Shown piece after piece: positions 1 through 9,990 of a stretch of DNA of 64,000 nucleotides. Origin of the DNA: Pseudomonadota bacterium (GTDB lineage Bacteria; Pseudomonadota; Gammaproteobacteria; Burkholderiales; Ferrovaceae); the NCBI GenBank assembly GCA_021796835.1, contig JAKABO010000006.1:3325-67324 (forward strand), given 5' to 3'. The first letter of the stretch is position 1. Each line of letters begins with the position of its first letter. The notes beneath the pieces are model-generated. The model made no database searches. It had not been told where the DNA came from and saw only the letters and a program-made list of their open reading frames with translations. The position numbers were made by a program, and so were the translations under genes.

Positions 1-196
1 TTTTGGTGGCCTGGCCTGCACAAGAATGCGCGCTTTTGTTGCTGGAACAGTCATTCATACCGGCTTTGGCGATGCCAAAACATTTATCCATATTTTTCAT
101 GTCCATTTTATTGTTTGGGGCGGCACCAGCATTGGCTACCAGTCCGAGGGTCAGCAAACCGCCGATAGCGGCTAGCAATACTTTTGATTTATCCAT
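1..196 (-). CDS. DUF2282-family secreted Cys peptide (bufferin BufA-like RiPP precursor); 3' end runs off the window
   Basis: Absent from the ORF track because it has no stop in the window. Hand translation from ATG at 196 (minus): MDKSKVLLAAIGGLLTLGLVANAGAAPNNKMDMKNMDKCFGIAKAGMNDCSSNKSAHSCAGQATK... This is a signal peptide followed by the DUF2282 core 'KCFGIAKAGMNDC...HSCAGQ'. Confidence 0.75.
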   Translation of the reverse strand, partial: MDKSKVLLAAIGGLLTLGLVANAGAAPNNKMDMKNMDKCFGIAKAGMNDCSSNKSAHSCAGQATK

Positions 197-295
197 TTTG
201 ATAGTCTCTGTGTGAGTTGAACGAGTGGAAGCGAAATATGAGCCTCCGAGTGATTAGTCGAATACCTCCTGAATTTCTTACAGAAAAAAAACACC

Positions 296-314
296 AATCG
301 AATTTTATTCGATT
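296..314. promoter_or_regulatory. Perfect 8-3-8 palindrome AATCGAAT-TTT-ATTCGATT upstream of the DUF2282 gene (candidate operator)
   Basis: Read directly. It lies about 100 nt upstream of the ATG at 196. A related TCGAAT/GATTAG half-site occurs at 251-264. Confidence 0.3.
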
Positions 315-461
315 AGAAATGCCACTTTTGGTCAGAATTTTTCTCACAGATGTTCAAACTGCTCCCGGATTTCAAATATCCAAGAGCGATTCATCTTGTG
401 TTTTCAGGAGGTTCACTAAATCAACTCTGTAGTCTGACCTGATTGGACAGGGCTTCATGCC

Positions 462-2284
<1,823 letters not shown>

Positions 2285-2287
2285 GGT

Positions 2288-2563
2288 TCATCTTCTGAGA
2301 TCAGCCGGATAACCGGCATCTTCGGTTGCCTTGGTCAGTTTCTGAATACTGGTCTTAGTATCATCAAAGGTGACAATGGCTTCGCGTTTATTCAAGATGA
2401 CTTCAACTTTGCTCACCCCATCGACTCTGGTAAGCGCTTTCTTGACAGTAATCGGGCATGTTGCGCAATGCATACTGGGAACAACCAAGGTAACGATTTG
2501 GGTGGCAGCCCACACAGGGGCCACAATAGCAAGGGCAGTAAGTAAAGCAACCAGTTTTTTCAT
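2288..2563 (-). CDS. merP: Periplasmic mercury-binding protein MerP
   Basis: Signal peptide, then 'ATQIVTLVVPSMHCATCPITVKKA'. Near colinear with Tn501-type MerP as recalled from memory. The metal loop reads SMHCATC rather than GMTCxxC. Confidence 0.9.
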   Translation of the reverse strand: MKKLVALLTALAIVAPVWAATQIVTLVVPSMHCATCPITVKKALTRVDGVSKVEVILNKREAIVTFDDTKTSIQKLTKATEDAGYPADLRR

Positions 2564-2575
2564 GAGGACTCCTGA

Positions 2576-2929
2576 TCAATAGAATAAAGTAGCAACATAA
2601 GGGAAACCGAGTGCGCCCAACACCAGCGCAGCAACAATCCAGAAAATGAGTTTGTAGGTGGCATGTACCTGCGGGATAGCACACACTTCACCTGGCTTGC
2701 ATATCTCTGGCGAGCCGAATATGCTCCGCCCACCAAAAAACAGTGCTATCAGCGCAGCACCAATGAAAAATGGGCGATACGGTTCCAGCATTGTGAGGTT
2801 TGCGATCCAGGCGCCGCTCACCCCTACAGAAAGGAGAACCAACGGCCCCAAACAGCAGGAGGAGGCGAGAATCGCTGCCAAGCCTCCTGTGACGAGGGCA
2901 CTAACTCCATGTTTTTTAGGTTTGAGCAT
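2576..2929 (-). CDS. merT: Mercuric ion transporter MerT
   Basis: Contains 'SSCCLGPLVL' in TM1 and a second Cys pair 'ICKPGEVC'. Start taken at MLKPKKHG (ATG 2929), giving 117 aa. Confidence 0.9.
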   Translation of the reverse strand: MLKPKKHGVSALVTGGLAAILASSCCLGPLVLLSVGVSGAWIANLTMLEPYRPFFIGAALIALFFGGRSIFGSPEICKPGEVCAIPQVHATYKLIFWIVAALVLGALGFPYVATLFY

Positions 2930-2964
2930 GTTTTCACTCTTTCGAATATGTTTTGAACAAGGTA

Positions 2965-2995
2965 ACCTTACTTCCGTAGTCATGTACGGAATCAA
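2965..2995 (-). promoter_or_regulatory. merTPA promoter with MerR operator
   Basis: Minus strand reads TTGATT-CCGTACATGACTACGGAAG-TAAGGT. That is a -35, a 19-bp spacer carrying the dyad TCCGTA-N6-TACGGA, and a -10, as in Tn501/Tn21 mer operators. Confidence 0.85.
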
Positions 2996-3000
2996 GCGCT

Positions 3001-3459
3001 ATGAAAAATATTTTTGAGAATCTGACTATTGGTGGCTTTGCCAAAGCGGCCGGGGTCAATGTTGAGACCATCCGGTTTTATCAACGCAAAGGTCTGGTGT
3101 CTGAACCGAGCAAGCACTACGGTAGCATTCGACGGTATACCGAGACGGATGTAGCGCGAGTGCGATTTGTGAAATCAGCCCAGCGCTTGGGCTTTAACCT
3201 GGATGAAATCGCCAAACTGCTAAGATTGAACGATGGCGCACACTGTGACGAAGCCAGCCTCCTGGCCGAGCACAAACTTCAGGAAATACGCAATAAGATG
3301 ACTGACCTGACGCGCATAGAAACCGTACTGTCCGCGTTGGTGTGTGCTTGTCACGCACAGAAGGGAAATGTCTCCTGCCCGCTGATTACATCGCTGCAAG
3401 GCGAGAAAAGGCATGGCAGTACAGACGAAACGCATAACCGAGCAGCGGAACTGCCTTAA
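3001..3459 (+). CDS. merR: Hg(II)-responsive transcriptional regulator MerR
   Basis: Contains '[26 protein letters not shown]' (HTH) and the Hg-ligand Cys pattern 'HCDEAS...CACH...VSCPLI'. It has a short C-terminal extension. Confidence 0.95.
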   Translation: MKNIFENLTIGGFAKAAGVNVETIRFYQRKGLVSEPSKHYGSIRRYTETDVARVRFVKSAQRLGFNLDEIAKLLRLNDGAHCDEASLLAEHKLQEIRNKMTDLTRIETVLSALVCACHAQKGNVSCPLITSLQGEKRHGSTDETHNRAAELP

Positions 3460-3518
3460 GGCTTTGTCTTTTGGCTTCGCTACCTGAGCGATGGGTTGAA
3501 AACCAACCGCCGCTGCGA

Positions 3519-4601
3519 TCAGAATCGAGCCAGCAGGAAGGCGATCGCCCCGGCCATGGGCAGGGTCGCTACCCACGACAACAAAATTCCCTGCAACACT
3601 TTCCGGTCCAGTGACTGGGCTCCCGCTCCTATACCTGCAATGGACCCCACTGCAACATGGGTTGTGGACACAGGAAACCCAAAATTGCTGGCAAAAAGAA
3701 CTATCATGGCCGTGGTCATATTCGCCATCAACCCCGGAACAGGATCCAATCGGGTCATCCGTTGACTCATGGTGACAGCCACTTTCTTCGCAAATAGCAG
3801 GCCCCCGGTAGCCATCATCCCGGTCACCATCATGACCGCAGACTGCGCTCCCGTTCCTGGGGTCACCAACAACAACGCCGCAAGCTTGGGCGTATCGTTC
3901 ACCGCCCGAGCAAAGCAAATAGACATTGCCGATAACGCATGGAGATGATCAAAAAAACGAGAGGAGGAAAACAAAATTTGGGGACCGATTTGTTCGCAAA
4001 CCACCTGGGGAGCCACCATGAGTTCAACTGACGACATGCTACGTTGCTGCACCAGTGAACCGTTGGTCAATAATCCAGTGGCCGGTTCAGAGACCACCAC
4101 ACAGGCACAATCATTTTCCGGACTGCGCCATTTAATTCCCAGTTGAAGGACCAAACTGATGGCTGCGGCCACTATCGGGCTGAGTAGCAACGGATAAAGA
4201 AATGTGTGTAGCAGCGGTCCCCAATTCACCCCTCCGCCGGGTTGTCCCAATCCTGCGCCGATGAGCCCACCGATCAAAGCATGGGTGGTGGACACCGGAA
4301 ACCCCAATCGGGTTGCCAGCAAGACCGTTGCTCCAGCCCCAGCCGCCACCTCAAACATAAAGGAAGACGTGTGCACGATCTCGGCAGAAACCAACCCTTT
4401 GCCGGAAAAACTCTGGACCAACGCCGTGGCCAAATAGACGGAAACCAAACTTCCCGCTACCGTGGCCACCGTAGCCAGTTGCAGCGCCCGTGGGTAGGAA
4501 AGGGTGTTTGATCCCCAGACGGTGGCAAACCCCTTGAAATTATCATTCGCCCCGTTGCCAAAGGCCACCAATAATGCAACGATCATCAATCCGCTATCCA
4601 T
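3519..4601 (-). CDS. PiT/PHO4-family inorganic anion (phosphate/arsenate-type) transporter
   Basis: Contains 'GANDNFKGFATVWGS' and a second-half 'PVSTTHVAVGSIAGIG' repeat, with multiple TM segments. SD GAGAGGGGG lies upstream. Confidence 0.8.
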   Translation of the reverse strand: MDSGLMIVALLVAFGNGANDNFKGFATVWGSNTLSYPRALQLATVATVAGSLVSVYLATALVQSFSGKGLVSAEIVHTSSFMFEVAAGAGATVLLATRLGFPVSTTHALIGGLIGAGLGQPGGGVNWGPLLHTFLYPLLLSPIVAAAISLVLQLGIKWRSPENDCACVVVSEPATGLLTNGSLVQQRSMSSVELMVAPQVVCEQIGPQILFSSSRFFDHLHALSAMSICFARAVNDTPKLAALLLVTPGTGAQSAVMMVTGMMATGGLLFAKKVAVTMSQRMTRLDPVPGLMANMTTAMIVLFASNFGFPVSTTHVAVGSIAGIGAGAQSLDRKVLQGILLSWVATLPMAGAIAFLLARF

Positions 4602-4637
4602 GCTTGCCCCCTCTCAATCCACCACTCCTGACCTGCC

Positions 4638-5678
4638 CTAGCAGCATGAACCGGCAGCATCCTCGCTACGCTTGGTATCAAAGGGAATGCAGGATCCACA
4701 GCCTGCAAACAATCCGAAATGCCGGTCAAAATCACCGATAAATTCAAAATGATCAGCGAACCGGGTATCCTGCAACAGACGAAAGGTATTGCCACAAACG
4801 GGAAATACCCGCCCCGTTTCCATGGAATGGTGTTTGTCGAAATCAAACCGGTATAACTGCTCAGGAATGGATCCCTGGTAAATCACCGCCTGTCCATGGT
4901 CTTCACAGGCGTCTTCGAGGTTGTCCAGTTTGAACAGCCGGTAGGTGGCCGAATAAAAACGGATATTCCCCACGCGTAACGCCAATTCCGGGTCCGTGAT
5001 GTCGAGTGGGCGGTCCGCCACGAGGCGCGGGTCGGTAAATCCGGAGGCTTTCGCCAAGCGTAGGAAATCATTCCAATACAGTGCTCCTCCCAGGCATTCG
5101 CCGTAGAGTACCGGATCGTTTTGCACCGACACCGGCACACGCCGATCCGCATACACATCAGAAAAATAGAATTCCCCTCCCGGTTTCAGCAAGCGCTTTA
5201 CCCCCGCCAGAACTTGCGGCTTATCGGGAGACAGATTGACTACACAGTTGGAAACAATGACATCGAAACTCTCCGGCACCAGCCCCAGTTCGTCCAAATG
5301 CTCGATGTACCCCTGGAGGAATTGCACATTATCCACGCCGCACTTGGCGGCGTGAAACGATCGATACTGTTGCGCAACCGCGAGCTGTTCTCCGGTCATG
5401 TCCACCCCCACCACACTTCCCGTCGGCCCCACCAGTTGGGCCAGCGCATAGACATCGCGACCCGATCCGCAGCCCAGATCCAGTACGCGGCATCCTCGCA
5501 ACAAGGGGGGACAGACCAGACCGCAGCCATAGTATCTGGCGAGTACCTCAGGATGAATGTTGGCCAACAGTGGCTTCATCCACCCCGGAATCTGGCTGGC
5601 ATCACAGCACGCGGTGGTTCTCAAGTCCTCGGTACGGTGAATCTGCTTGCCATAATAATCCTGAACAATTTCGTGCAT
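4638..5678 (-). CDS. arsM: AS3MT/ArsM-type As(III) S-adenosylmethionine methyltransferase
   Basis: Contains 'DLRTTACCD', 'RYYGCGLVCP', SAM motif 'VLDLGCGSGRD', 'VSNCVVNL' and 'YGECLGGALYW'. Colinear with human AS3MT as recalled from memory. Cys-rich C-terminus. Confidence 0.85.
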   Translation of the reverse strand: MHEIVQDYYGKQIHRTEDLRTTACCDASQIPGWMKPLLANIHPEVLARYYGCGLVCPPLLRGCRVLDLGCGSGRDVYALAQLVGPTGSVVGVDMTGEQLAVAQQYRSFHAAKCGVDNVQFLQGYIEHLDELGLVPESFDVIVSNCVVNLSPDKPQVLAGVKRLLKPGGEFYFSDVYADRRVPVSVQNDPVLYGECLGGALYWNDFLRLAKASGFTDPRLVADRPLDITDPELALRVGNIRFYSATYRLFKLDNLEDACEDHGQAVIYQGSIPEQLYRFDFDKHHSMETGRVFPVCGNTFRLLQDTRFADHFEFIGDFDRHFGLFAGCGSCIPFDTKRSEDAAGSCC

Positions 5679-5715
5679 CGTTATCCCCTTTCAATGGATG
5701 AACTTGAAATAAAAG

Positions 5716-6342
5716 TCATGCTGGAATGCCAGGGCGGAATTCTGTCCACTGGGCTGGCAACCATTTCAAATCGTCCGGTCGGTCGATGTCGTGGAGCATC
5801 GGCAATAGATGCACGGTCCAACCCAACTGACCCACCCGACACAGGGTAGTGAAGGCCACCGAGTCGGTACTCCAGGCCATATCGGAAAACAGCAGCGGAT
5901 CAAACCGGTTCAGGCCCAAAGCCACATATCCGCCATCCACTGCCGGTACAAGGACCGTATCGGCCAGGGTCAAAGACTCCGCAACCTGACGCAGTCGACC
6001 AGCATCCAGTGCCGGGCAATCCGTACCGATGAGAATCACCGCTTCCCCCGTGGAAACCACGCGCGCGCCAATGCGCGCCATGCGATCTCCCAGATCTCCG
6101 GAACCTTGGCTGCTACACCGTACGGTTGGCGGAATTTTTAACGACCCCAGCATCGCATTGTCAGGAGTCAGGCACAGTTCCACCGTGCCCACGCGAGCCC
6201 GCACGGCCTCAGTCACGGTGTGCTTCAAGAGTCGCAGCGCCAATGCATGCGCCCCCTCAGCCCCCAACAATGGAATCAGTCGGGATTTGGAAAACCCTGC
6301 GTTGGGCACCTTGGCCAAAATGACGATACGAATGTTCTTCAT
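5716..6342 (-). CDS. DUF2064 transferase (rSAM/selenodomain-associated transferase 1, TIGR04282-like)
   Basis: Contains 'IVILAKVPNAGFSKSRL', 'LIGTDCPAL' and 'VPAVDGGYVALGL'. Its ATG overlaps the upstream gene's stop as ATGA. Confidence 0.7.
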   Translation of the reverse strand: MKNIRIVILAKVPNAGFSKSRLIPLLGAEGAHALALRLLKHTVTEAVRARVGTVELCLTPDNAMLGSLKIPPTVRCSSQGSGDLGDRMARIGARVVSTGEAVILIGTDCPALDAGRLRQVAESLTLADTVLVPAVDGGYVALGLNRFDPLLFSDMAWSTDSVAFTTLCRVGQLGWTVHLLPMLHDIDRPDDLKWLPAQWTEFRPGIPA

Positions 6343-7034
6343 CGATAGTCCTTGGCAAGAATTTCAGGGGATACCCCGCACCAGTAGGCAAAACGCAACC
6401 GCCACATGAGCAAAATGGTTCGACCCACTCCATGCATTTCCCATCTTCGCCCGGAAGTCACGGCTGGTCCCGTCAAGCACATCGGAGAATTCAGGCGGCG
6501 CAGACGCGCCGAAAGCGCAATGTCCTCCATGAGACTTTGATCTGGAAATCCCCCGGCCCTGTCAAAGTTGTTGCGGAGAACGAAAATTGCCTGGTCACCG
6601 GTACAAATCCCGGTTATCCGAGAACGCAAGTTCATAAAAAAAGCCACCACGCGAAGCATGGCAGGCTGGCCTTCGATCCGGACATCAAACCGTCCCCAAA
6701 TTCCCTGCCTGTCAGAAAACGCTTGATCCATCTGCGTCACCGCCGCCTCTGGCAAGCGCGTATCCGCGTGGAGAAAGAGAAGCACCTCTCCCGTTGCCGC
6801 CTGGGCTCCTGCATTCATCTGTCTGGCCCGCCCCCGACTACTGCGCAAGACGGGAAACCCTGCGGATTGCCCCAAAGCCACAGAATTGTCGCTGCTGCCC
6901 CCATCCACCAATAAAATTTCACATCCGCTTTCCCGAAACTGACGCAAATGTTCGAGTAGAGCAGGCAATGATGCTGCTTCATCAAGCATGGGAACAATGA
7001 TGGACAGTTGCTTCTTCTTATCGCCCCTTGGCAT
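6339..7034 (-). CDS. Family-2 glycosyltransferase (rSAM/selenodomain-associated transferase 2, TIGR04283-like)
   Basis: Contains 'LSIIVPMLDEA...ILLVDGGSSDNS...FLHADTRLP', a typical GT-A fold signature. Confidence 0.7.
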   Translation of the reverse strand: MPRGDKKKQLSIIVPMLDEAASLPALLEHLRQFRESGCEILLVDGGSSDNSVALGQSAGFPVLRSSRGRARQMNAGAQAATGEVLLFLHADTRLPEAAVTQMDQAFSDRQGIWGRFDVRIEGQPAMLRVVAFFMNLRSRITGICTGDQAIFVLRNNFDRAGGFPDQSLMEDIALSARLRRLNSPMCLTGPAVTSGRRWEMHGVGRTILLMWRLRFAYWCGVSPEILAKDYR

Positions 7035-7824
7035 TCAGCCTCCAATCGTAGTCCAGATAAGTAATGGGAATCTCTCCGCGCTTAATCCGGAGGCTCTGAT
7101 CCACACTCAGATTCAAGGCTGCCGCATAGTGCACAAAAAAATCAGGCAAACCATGAATTCCCATCCATCCGAAGTCAAAATCCTCGTGGTACCACTTAAA
7201 AATGGAAGACACCTTCAGATCTCCACCTTCCAGACGATTGCGGGTTTTATCACCGAGAAAAAGTTTGGTCTGATTTTCCAGTTGACTGTCCAGACGACTG
7301 CCCTGATAGGCTTCAGGTCGCAACGCCGGACACCCGATACTGGCGCAATTCAGTGCGAAATGAACACGGGGGTCGTGATAGCGACCAGATCCTCGAATCA
7401 ACCCGTGTTCAATATCATTAAGAGTACGGGTTTCTCCAAATAGCGGAATAAAAGGCTTTTGCCAGGGAGATTGAATCCAATTTCCCAAATCCTTGATGGA
7501 AACAATGTCAGGATAACCTGTCAGCACAAATTTCACGGTCCAGGCATTGTACGCATTGATTAAAAACGAGAGCTGGTCCGTCTGTGACCAATGGTCAAAA
7601 TCCACCTGTTTCACCGCAGATACCTGACTCAAATATTGGTCTAGGGAACGAATATTCTGCGCCATGCCCGCGTAATCCACCTGGGTTACCTGTCCCGCAT
7701 CGAGAATCACCACATGGGCCTTGAGCAGGCTATCCCATATCCCTTGGTCAAAATCTTTGGATCCGGCTTTGGCAACAACCGTCCCACACAGCAAAATGAA
7801 CCCAAAAATAATTTTCCTGATCAT
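7018..7824 (-). CDS. DUF547-domain protein with signal peptide
   Basis: N-terminal 'MIRKIIFGFILLCGTVVAKA', then the DUF547-like core 'FLINAYNAWTVKFVL'. Overlaps the next gene by 17 nt. Confidence 0.65.
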   Translation of the reverse strand: MIRKIIFGFILLCGTVVAKAGSKDFDQGIWDSLLKAHVVILDAGQVTQVDYAGMAQNIRSLDQYLSQVSAVKQVDFDHWSQTDQLSFLINAYNAWTVKFVLTGYPDIVSIKDLGNWIQSPWQKPFIPLFGETRTLNDIEHGLIRGSGRYHDPRVHFALNCASIGCPALRPEAYQGSRLDSQLENQTKLFLGDKTRNRLEGGDLKVSSIFKWYHEDFDFGWMGIHGLPDFFVHYAAALNLSVDQSLRIKRGEIPITYLDYDWRLNAKGR

Positions 7825-7827
7825 TGC

Positions 7828-9990
7828 TCAACCTCTACGCCAATCATGAAAGTATTCCAACCAGACCAGGATTGGTCTGGAAACATGCGCCCGCTTCCAT
7901 TCGCCAGCCGCATACCTATTGGCTTCTGCCCAAGTGGGATAGGTATGAATCGTGGATAAAATTTTGTTCAGCCCCAGCCCCCATTTCATGGCCAAAACAA
8001 ATTCAGCTATCAGATCGCCCGCATGTTCGCCTACCAGGGTGACGCCAAGAATTTTGTCTTTCCCAGGGACAGTGAGCACTTTCACAAACCCATGGGCAGC
8101 ACCATCCGCAATCGCCCGATCCAGATCATCAAGACCGTAACGCGTAACTTCATAGGCAATCCCCTGGGCCTTGGCTTCCTGTTCATTCAGCCCCACCCGG
8201 GCCACCTCAGGGTCGATGAATGTGGTCCAGGGGACCACCCGATAATCGACTTTGAATTTCCTGACGCTTCCAAACAAACCGTTGACCGCGGCGTACCACG
8301 CCTGATGGGCTGCCATGTGAGTGAATTGGTACGGTCCGACCACATCACCAGCCGCATAGATGTTGGGGTAGAGGGTTTCGAGATAGTCATTGGTGGTGAC
8401 CGTACGTTCCACCGGAATCCCCAGTTCCTCCAGGCCATATCCTTCCAGACGCGCGACTCGCCCAACCGCGCAGATCAGGACATCAAACGGAATAATTTTT
8501 TCCTGACCCTGATGGGAGACCACCAAATATTTCTGGTCGTCCACCCGCTCGCAGCGCAACGCACTATGAGCAGTCAACACCTGCACGCCATTTTGTTCGA
8601 GCGCCTGTCGTGCCAGATCCGAAACTTCGGCATCTTCCCGAGCCAGGATACGATCACCCTTTTCTACCTGTGTGACCTCGGAACCCAGTCTTGCCAACGC
8701 CTGGGCCAGTTCCGTACCAATGGGTCCCCCGCCTAAGACCACGACCCGCCCAGGTGGCGTATCGCGTTTGGCAAATTCTTCCCAGAGGGTGTCGCTGGTG
8801 ACATAGTCCGAATTCTCGATCCCCGGTAACAGCGGGACAAAGGGCTTGGCCCCAGTGGCAATGACGATACTGCGCGTAGTCAGCCGCCGTTTCTCCCCAT
8901 CCTTCAGGGTCACTTCCACCGTCCATGGGTCCACAATTCGGGCATATCCCTGCCACACTTCCACCCCCAGTCCGGTATACCGTTCCACACTGTCGTGGGG
9001 AGCCACCGTCCGGATGACTTCACGCACACGCGCCATGACATGTTGAAATGGCAATTCATGAACCGACGGAGTGAGTCCGTAGTGATCAGCATGACGTATC
9101 TGATGAGCCAACTTCGCGCTCCTGATCAATGCTTTACTGGGAACACATCCATAATTCAGACAATCTCCGCCCATTTTTCCAGCTTCCACCAGAGTGACCT
9201 TGGCCTTGACCGCTGCAGCGATATAAGAAGTGACCAATCCTGCGGCTCCAGCACCGATCACCACAATATTTCGATCAAATCGAGCCGGACATTTCCAGCG
9301 CCCATAGATTCGCCGCCGCTGCCAGAGGTTCAACCCCAGTTTGGTCAGCCAGGGGAAAATCCCCAGCAAGGTAAAGGACAGGAGCAACCCCGGACTTAAC
9401 AGACCGGACAGGTGATCGATCTGCGCCAGTTGGGTTCCTGCGTTCACATAAACCACCGTTCCGGCCAACATCCCAATCTGGCTGACCCAATAGAATGTCC
9501 AGGGGCGCATGGAGGTCAAGCCCATGAGAAGATTGATGATGAAAAACGGAACCAACGGGACCAAGCGGAGCGTGAACAGATAGAATGGACCATCCTTGGC
9601 AATTCCTGCGTTGATGGTCTTCAACCGCTCGTCGAAACGTTGCTGGACAAAATCACGCAACAGATAGCGGGAAACCAGAAAGGCCAAAAGCGCTCCCGAA
9701 CTGGAAGCAAAGGATACGATCAGCGTCCCCCGAACCACTCCGAACAAGGCGCCTGCGACCAAGGTGATCAATGCGGCTCCGGGCAGCGCTAGCGCGCTGA
9801 GGGACATGTACCCCAAGAAGTAAGCGGCCGCGACCAATGCCGGCGCTTTGGCGTTCCAATCCGAAAATGCTTGCAGACTGCTTTTGATCCCTTCCAGGGT
9901 CAACCGCTGATCGAGGCCAGCGCCATAATAGATTCCCACCACAGCAACCGGTAACATCAGGGCCAGAATGCGTTTCACCGGGTTTCTCAC
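7828..9990 (-). CDS. TVP38/TMEM64 (DedA-like) membrane domain fused to a MerA-like FAD pyridine nucleotide-disulfide oxidoreductase
   Basis: The N-terminal half is multi-TM ('LPGAALITLVAGALFG'). The C-terminal half has 'VIGAGAAG', redox-active 'CLNYGCVPSK' and a dimerisation domain. Start set at GTG 9990, which overlaps the arsS stop as GTGA. The 793-aa track ORF is an artefactual 5' extension. Confidence 0.8.
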   Translation of the reverse strand: MRNPVKRILALMLPVAVVGIYYGAGLDQRLTLEGIKSSLQAFSDWNAKAPALVAAAYFLGYMSLSALALPGAALITLVAGALFGVVRGTLIVSFASSSGALLAFLVSRYLLRDFVQQRFDERLKTINAGIAKDGPFYLFTLRLVPLVPFFIINLLMGLTSMRPWTFYWVSQIGMLAGTVVYVNAGTQLAQIDHLSGLLSPGLLLSFTLLGIFPWLTKLGLNLWQRRRIYGRWKCPARFDRNIVVIGAGAAGLVTSYIAAAVKAKVTLVEAGKMGGDCLNYGCVPSKALIRSAKLAHQIRHADHYGLTPSVHELPFQHVMARVREVIRTVAPHDSVERYTGLGVEVWQGYARIVDPWTVEVTLKDGEKRRLTTRSIVIATGAKPFVPLLPGIENSDYVTSDTLWEEFAKRDTPPGRVVVLGGGPIGTELAQALARLGSEVTQVEKGDRILAREDAEVSDLARQALEQNGVQVLTAHSALRCERVDDQKYLVVSHQGQEKIIPFDVLICAVGRVARLEGYGLEELGIPVERTVTTNDYLETLYPNIYAAGDVVGPYQFTHMAAHQAWYAAVNGLFGSVRKFKVDYRVVPWTTFIDPEVARVGLNEQEAKAQGIAYEVTRYGLDDLDRAIADGAAHGFVKVLTVPGKDKILGVTLVGEHAGDLIAEFVLAMKWGLGLNKILSTIHTYPTWAEANRYAAGEWKRAHVSRPILVWLEYFHDWRRG

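Noticed and set aside
3-432. 70-aa and 71-aa plus-strand ORFs at the left edge
   Set aside because: The first runs antisense to the clearly DUF2282-like minus-strand frame. The second lies in the merA/DUF2282 spacer and has no SD or motif.
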